DNA from: Nitrosopumilales archaeon | Lineage (GTDB): Archaea; Thermoproteota; Nitrososphaeria; Nitrososphaerales; Nitrososphaeraceae | Length of the DNA: 40,490 nucleotides | Direction of reading: 5' to 3' | Assembly: GCA_044507735.1 (NCBI GenBank) | Contig: JBIQJB010000020.1 | Location: forward strand, 1-40,490 | Shown here: positions 37,272 to 40,490 of the stretch, in pieces | Layout: each line of letters starts with the position of its first letter | Numbering within the stretch: the first letter of the stretch is position 1 | Translations under genes and position numbers: made by a program | Notes under the pieces: generated by a model | Databases searched by the model: none | What the model was told of the DNA's origin: nothing | Seen by the model: the letters and a program-made list of their open reading frames with translations, nothing else

Positions 37272-37566
37272 CCTGCTCTATGACCCATTCTCGGAATTTT
37301 GCAATTCCAAAATCCTCCGACTGCTTGACGAACGCCGGATCCTTGGTTCTCCACTGGTCCTGTGGGATGCCGTCAAAGAATTCCTGCATGCACAAGATGA
37401 ACCGGAATCGCAGGTTACGAGGGTTTTCCGAGATCCCGTATCGGTAGAGAATGGCCGCTATTTTTCCAAAGGCTTCGTCGTAGTTCCGCTTGAACCCCTC
37501 GATCTTGAAGGTTTCTTCCAGAATCCGGGTTATCGCGTCCAGGTCGTCGCGGAGTGTGATGATCAT
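37264..37566 (-). CDS. Hypothetical protein, translationally coupled to the MazG-like gene
   Basis: 100-aa ORF whose ATG overlaps the upstream TGA (ATGA). Confidence 0.7.
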   Translation of the reverse strand: MIITLRDDLDAITRILEETFKIEGFKRNYDEAFGKIAAILYRYGISENPRNLRFRFILCMQEFFDGIPQDQWRTKDPAFVKQSEDFGIAKFREWVIEQVI

Positions 37567-37817
37567 GGCTTGGACTTGAGCATCTCCAACTTTCTACCAT
37601 ATACGGCGCTCATGTTGGAATCGAGGTCAAGATTGTATTTCGTGGCCAAGTAATACATAAGCGCGGCTGATTCGGTTATCTCCATCTTGGCGTGCTCGAC
37701 ATTATTCTTTTCCATTGCAAAAGCGATCTCGCCGATTTCTCTTACCAGGTGGATAAATGCTGCAGACTTGTCGTCGCCAAATTTCTTGTTGTAGTAATCA
37801 ACTGCTATAGAGCTCAT
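37563..37817 (-). CDS. Single-domain MazG-like NTP pyrophosphohydrolase
   Basis: HLVREIGEIA...EITE..LMYYLA....LDL....K, resembling the ExxE/ExxD all-alpha NTP-PPase pattern. Confidence 0.7.
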   Translation of the reverse strand: MSSIAVDYYNKKFGDDKSAAFIHLVREIGEIAFAMEKNNVEHAKMEITESAALMYYLATKYNLDLDSNMSAVYGRKLEMLKSKP

Positions 37818-38435
37818 GTGCAGGACAATTAGGGATCAGGTGGTTATAAGAATTAGAGGCGCGGTATTTGCTTGTGCCAGCTTATGGCAAGACTGCAGCC
37901 TGTACGGTGATTGGCAGTTGGCCCAAGTGTATCTCGTGTCTTGCGCAGTTCATCCCTTGAGATCCAATTTTCCAACTGCAAGCTGACGACAGACAACACA
38001 CCCTCCAAGAATACATCGGCCTATTGCTCTGCGTTGGCAGAGACACTGTAGCATCCCCGTCTATTCCAGAAGCTTCTGGAGCTGCCTTCTTGCCGTTTCT
38101 GATGTGTCCTTACGTCAAATCTTACCGCTGTCCGACCTGTGCGATGGTACTGGGGTTTCGACTCTTGCCGTTCTTTTTTTGGTATCTTCTATCCCCCTCC
38201 TCCAGATCCATTCACTTCTCATTTCGTTCTTGAGACACACGCTATCAGGGGTTGGCTCCAAGCCGATTATGACGGATGACGAAAGGGTGCCATACTATGT
38301 TATAGATATCTAAGGTGAGAATGATGCTTCCCAGAGACTGTCAGAAGAAGTCAATGGCTGATAACCATACTGCTCAGAGGTTAGATTCGGCAGGTTATCG
38401 GTGCCCTTATAAAGTACGACCTTAAATCCATTCCC

Positions 38436-38534
38436 ATGGACGTACTCTCAGAAGACAAATGCAATTGCCAGCAATGCATGGATGAACAGGCAGAGATGTG
38501 CCTGGCTAACCACTGCGAGTGTTGCAAGCACTAA
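38436..38534 (+). CDS. Unannotated 32-aa Cys-rich, metallothionein-like peptide
   Basis: MDVLSEDKCNCQQCMDEQAEMCLANHCECCKH*: 7 Cys and 2 His. Strong TATA ttataaa at 38407..38413, consistent with a leaderless transcript. Confidence 0.7.
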   Translation: MDVLSEDKCNCQQCMDEQAEMCLANHCECCKH

Positions 38535-38585
38535 GGACGGCCACATCCATGCGGCAATTTTTTCCCAAGCAAGTCCTGCCACTCT

Positions 38586-38651
38586 CAGGCAGCGCTTCTT
38601 GAACCTCTTGCCGCTGCTGCATGGGCAGGGGTCATACCCTCCAACTTTTTC
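38586..38651 (-). pseudogene. Remnant of a SEC-C motif protein
   Basis: Reads EKVGGYDPCPCSSGKRFKKRCL (SEC-C consensus K.GRNDPCPCGSGKKYKKCC). It is preceded directly by an in-frame TAA and has one Cys replaced by Arg. Confidence 0.6.
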
Positions 38652-38760
38652 TTATCTAAATTTGCAGAAGTTGACGCCCGCAGGATAGGTACCTAACAGC
38701 AAGATCAAGCATTCTGGCAGCCAAAAGGGGTATTAAGGGATTCACGATATAACACACGGC

Positions 38761-39612
38761 TTGTCCGGATCAGCAGAATTTGTGATCAGAACTATGAGGC
38801 AGTCTGACCTAGACGTCGCTATTCAGTGGGCCTCCTCCGAAGGATGGAACCCTGGCCTGAACGATGCAGAGACATTCTACCATGCAGATCCGTCTGGGTT
38901 CTTTGCAGGCTTTGTTTCAGGGGTTCCGGTTGCAAGCATTTCATCAGTCGCGTATGACAGCTCATTTGGATTCTTGGGGCTGTACATAGTGAAGCCCGAG
39001 TACAGGGGACGCGGTTTTGGAATAAAGATCTGGGAAAGAGCGCTTGATTATCTTGGTGATAGGAATATTGGGCTTGACGGCGTAATCGCAAGACAGAAAG
39101 ACTATGAGAAATACGGCTTCAAATTCGCTTACCGGAACTTACGGTTTGCAGGTAGCTTCACATGTCCGACGAGGTCGAAAAATCTAGTCGACTTGAAGAA
39201 TCTTGAAACAAGCAAGATTGCAGAGTACGACGTCCAGATGTTTCCTACAAGGCGCGACAATTTCATTTCAAGATGGGTCAAGCAGAAGGGAAGTAAGGCT
39301 CTGGGCCATCTGGCAAACGGCAAGCTTGTGGGATACGGAGTCCTGCGCCCGTGCCGGATAGGCTTTAAAGTAGGGCCGCTTTTCGCAGACAGCAGAGAAA
39401 TCGCACAGGAATTGCTGTCTGGCCTGGCAAGCCATGCTGGAAAGGACAGAATTTTCATCGATGTTCCAGAGCCAAACAAGCAGGCCCTTGATCTTGTGAA
39501 AGGAAATATGATGATGGAAAAGATCTTTGAAACAGCGCGTATGTACAACAAGTCCATTCCAGATCTGCCGCTAGATCGGATCTATGGTGTGACCACGCTG
39601 GAGCTCGGATGA
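38761..39612 (+). CDS. Two-domain GNAT N-acetyltransferase (YitH-like C-terminal domain)
   Basis: EGWNPG, FLGLYIV.PEYRGRGFG, GLDGV, KVGPLFAD, IDVPEPN, FETARMY, TTLELG. Confidence 0.9.
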   Translation: MSGSAEFVIRTMRQSDLDVAIQWASSEGWNPGLNDAETFYHADPSGFFAGFVSGVPVASISSVAYDSSFGFLGLYIVKPEYRGRGFGIKIWERALDYLGDRNIGLDGVIARQKDYEKYGFKFAYRNLRFAGSFTCPTRSKNLVDLKNLETSKIAEYDVQMFPTRRDNFISRWVKQKGSKALGHLANGKLVGYGVLRPCRIGFKVGPLFADSREIAQELLSGLASHAGKDRIFIDVPEPNKQALDLVKGNMMMEKIFETARMYNKSIPDLPLDRIYGVTTLELG

Positions 39613-39613
39613 T

Positions 39614-39860
39614 CTGAGCGAATTGTAGAGTTCGGCCGCTTTGGCGCCAACATCTTTGGCCTCCATTATGATGGTGTCCGCAAAAAACGCGTCTGCGCCG
39701 GCCTTTCTCAGGTACTGCACGTCTGCAGGCTTTGAAATGCCACTTTCGCTTGTCTGCGAGCCTGTCTATGCTTCCCCCCCTGCCAAGTTTTTGTCAAAGA
39801 TAGTCTTGACGAGTAGGATGCAATCTGCGCCTGCCTTTTCCCCGGCGTCAATTTTGAAAA
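39614..39860 (-). pseudogene. trpC: Degraded indole-3-glycerol-phosphate synthase fragment
   Basis: KIDAGEKAGADCILLVKT...then SESGISKPADVQYLRKAGADAFFADTIIME: the TrpC GAD.ILL, ESGI and GAD.FL.G..IM motifs. There is no start, a frameshift/stop at the G7 run (39774..39780) and the middle of the gene is missing. Confidence 0.75.
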
Positions 39861-40135
39861 AATTCTAAATTCTTGGGCTTTAGATATCCAAGGTAAAAGA
39901 GTGCGGGATTATAGTTTAGCACTCTTGTTCACACCTATGAGATAATCAATTATGTTATTATTAAAAATTCTTCGATCATTACTTTGACTCAGAAAAATCG
40001 TCATTTCTGAATGTTTTCAGCACCAAGAACGAGTGCCAAATTTACGAATTACAGCCTTTATTGATGCATGTTTTCGAACATCATTTGCTTATTTCAGATT
40101 TTTGCAACAAAGCAGTTAATGAGTATCCGAATTAA

Positions 40136-40402
40136 CTAACCCAGAACTTTCTCTAGCTCGTCAAGTCTCTTCATCCCTTTTTCTGTTATTGTTAATTTTT
40201 TGAATCTTCCATCAACATATAGATCGACAAACTGCTTGCTATGGAGATATTGGACGTACTTCTGAAGTGTCTTTGGGTTAACATTAGCCTTCTGCTGAAG
40301 ATGACTTATGCTTATTTTGCCTTCCTTTAGGATTCTGAGGAATCTCATCTCCATGTATGGATTGATTCTTTTCTGCTCCAAAGATTCCCGTGCGACGATC
40401 AC
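40136..40402 (-). CDS. Small winged helix-turn-helix transcriptional regulator
   Basis: ISHLQQKANVNPKTLQKYVQYL...FV...ITEKG..L, an archaeal wHTH pattern. GTG start 35 nt from the terminal repeat. Confidence 0.8.
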   Translation of the reverse strand: MIVARESLEQKRINPYMEMRFLRILKEGKISISHLQQKANVNPKTLQKYVQYLHSKQFVDLYVDGRFKKLTITEKGMKRLDELEKVLG

Positions 40403-40437
40403 AAACGCTACTATTTTACTTTTTTTTCAGATCACGA

Positions 40438-40490
40438 GGCTCTGTTAACTTAGGGTAATGCGTAAAGCTAGGACTGTCCTAGCTTTTTTC
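40438..40490 (-). repeat. Right copy of the 53-bp terminal inverted repeat (palindrome 40464..40486)
   Basis: Exact reverse complement of 2..54. Confidence 0.97.

Noticed and set aside
1-40490. Linear virus, plasmid, casposon or transposon with terminal inverted repeats
   Set aside because: No polymerase, Cas1, transposase, integrase or capsid gene; the content is core chromosomal.
1-40490. CRISPR array, rRNA or intein
   Set aside because: No regularly spaced direct repeats or rRNA-like sequence seen. The XPB/Bax1 insertions are short and lack intein terminal motifs.

Overview
A gene-dense archaeal chromosomal segment that looks like an ammonia-oxidising Nitrososphaerota (Thaumarchaeota, Nitrososphaera-like) genome. 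This assignment is inferred from a PEFG-CTERM surface protein, a split Kae1/Bud32, archaeal ribosomal proteins S19e/S27e/L44e, a thermosome subunit, an intron-containing tRNA-His and a GATase-less CobQ. Most of it is housekeeping: tRNA modification (taw1, KEOPS, queC/queE/folE), XPB-Bax1, asd, cyoE, nep1, a late cobalamin operon and the thermosome. The most unusual features are: (1) the two ends of the window are a perfect 53-bp inverted repeat with a 23-bp palindromic core, each copy upstream of an inward-facing gene (a surface protein on the left, a wHTH regulator on the right); (2) two small ORFs missing from the ORF track, a 32-aa Cys7/His2 metallothionein-like peptide and a 41-aa single-TM peptide; (3) a Ccr-like enoyl-CoA reductase with a half-conserved CO2-binding motif next to a CitE/malyl-CoA-lyase-family gene; (4) an orphan Cache sensor with no output domain; (5) a decayed right end with trpC and SEC-C remnants. 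All calls come from reading motifs by eye; no database searches were run.
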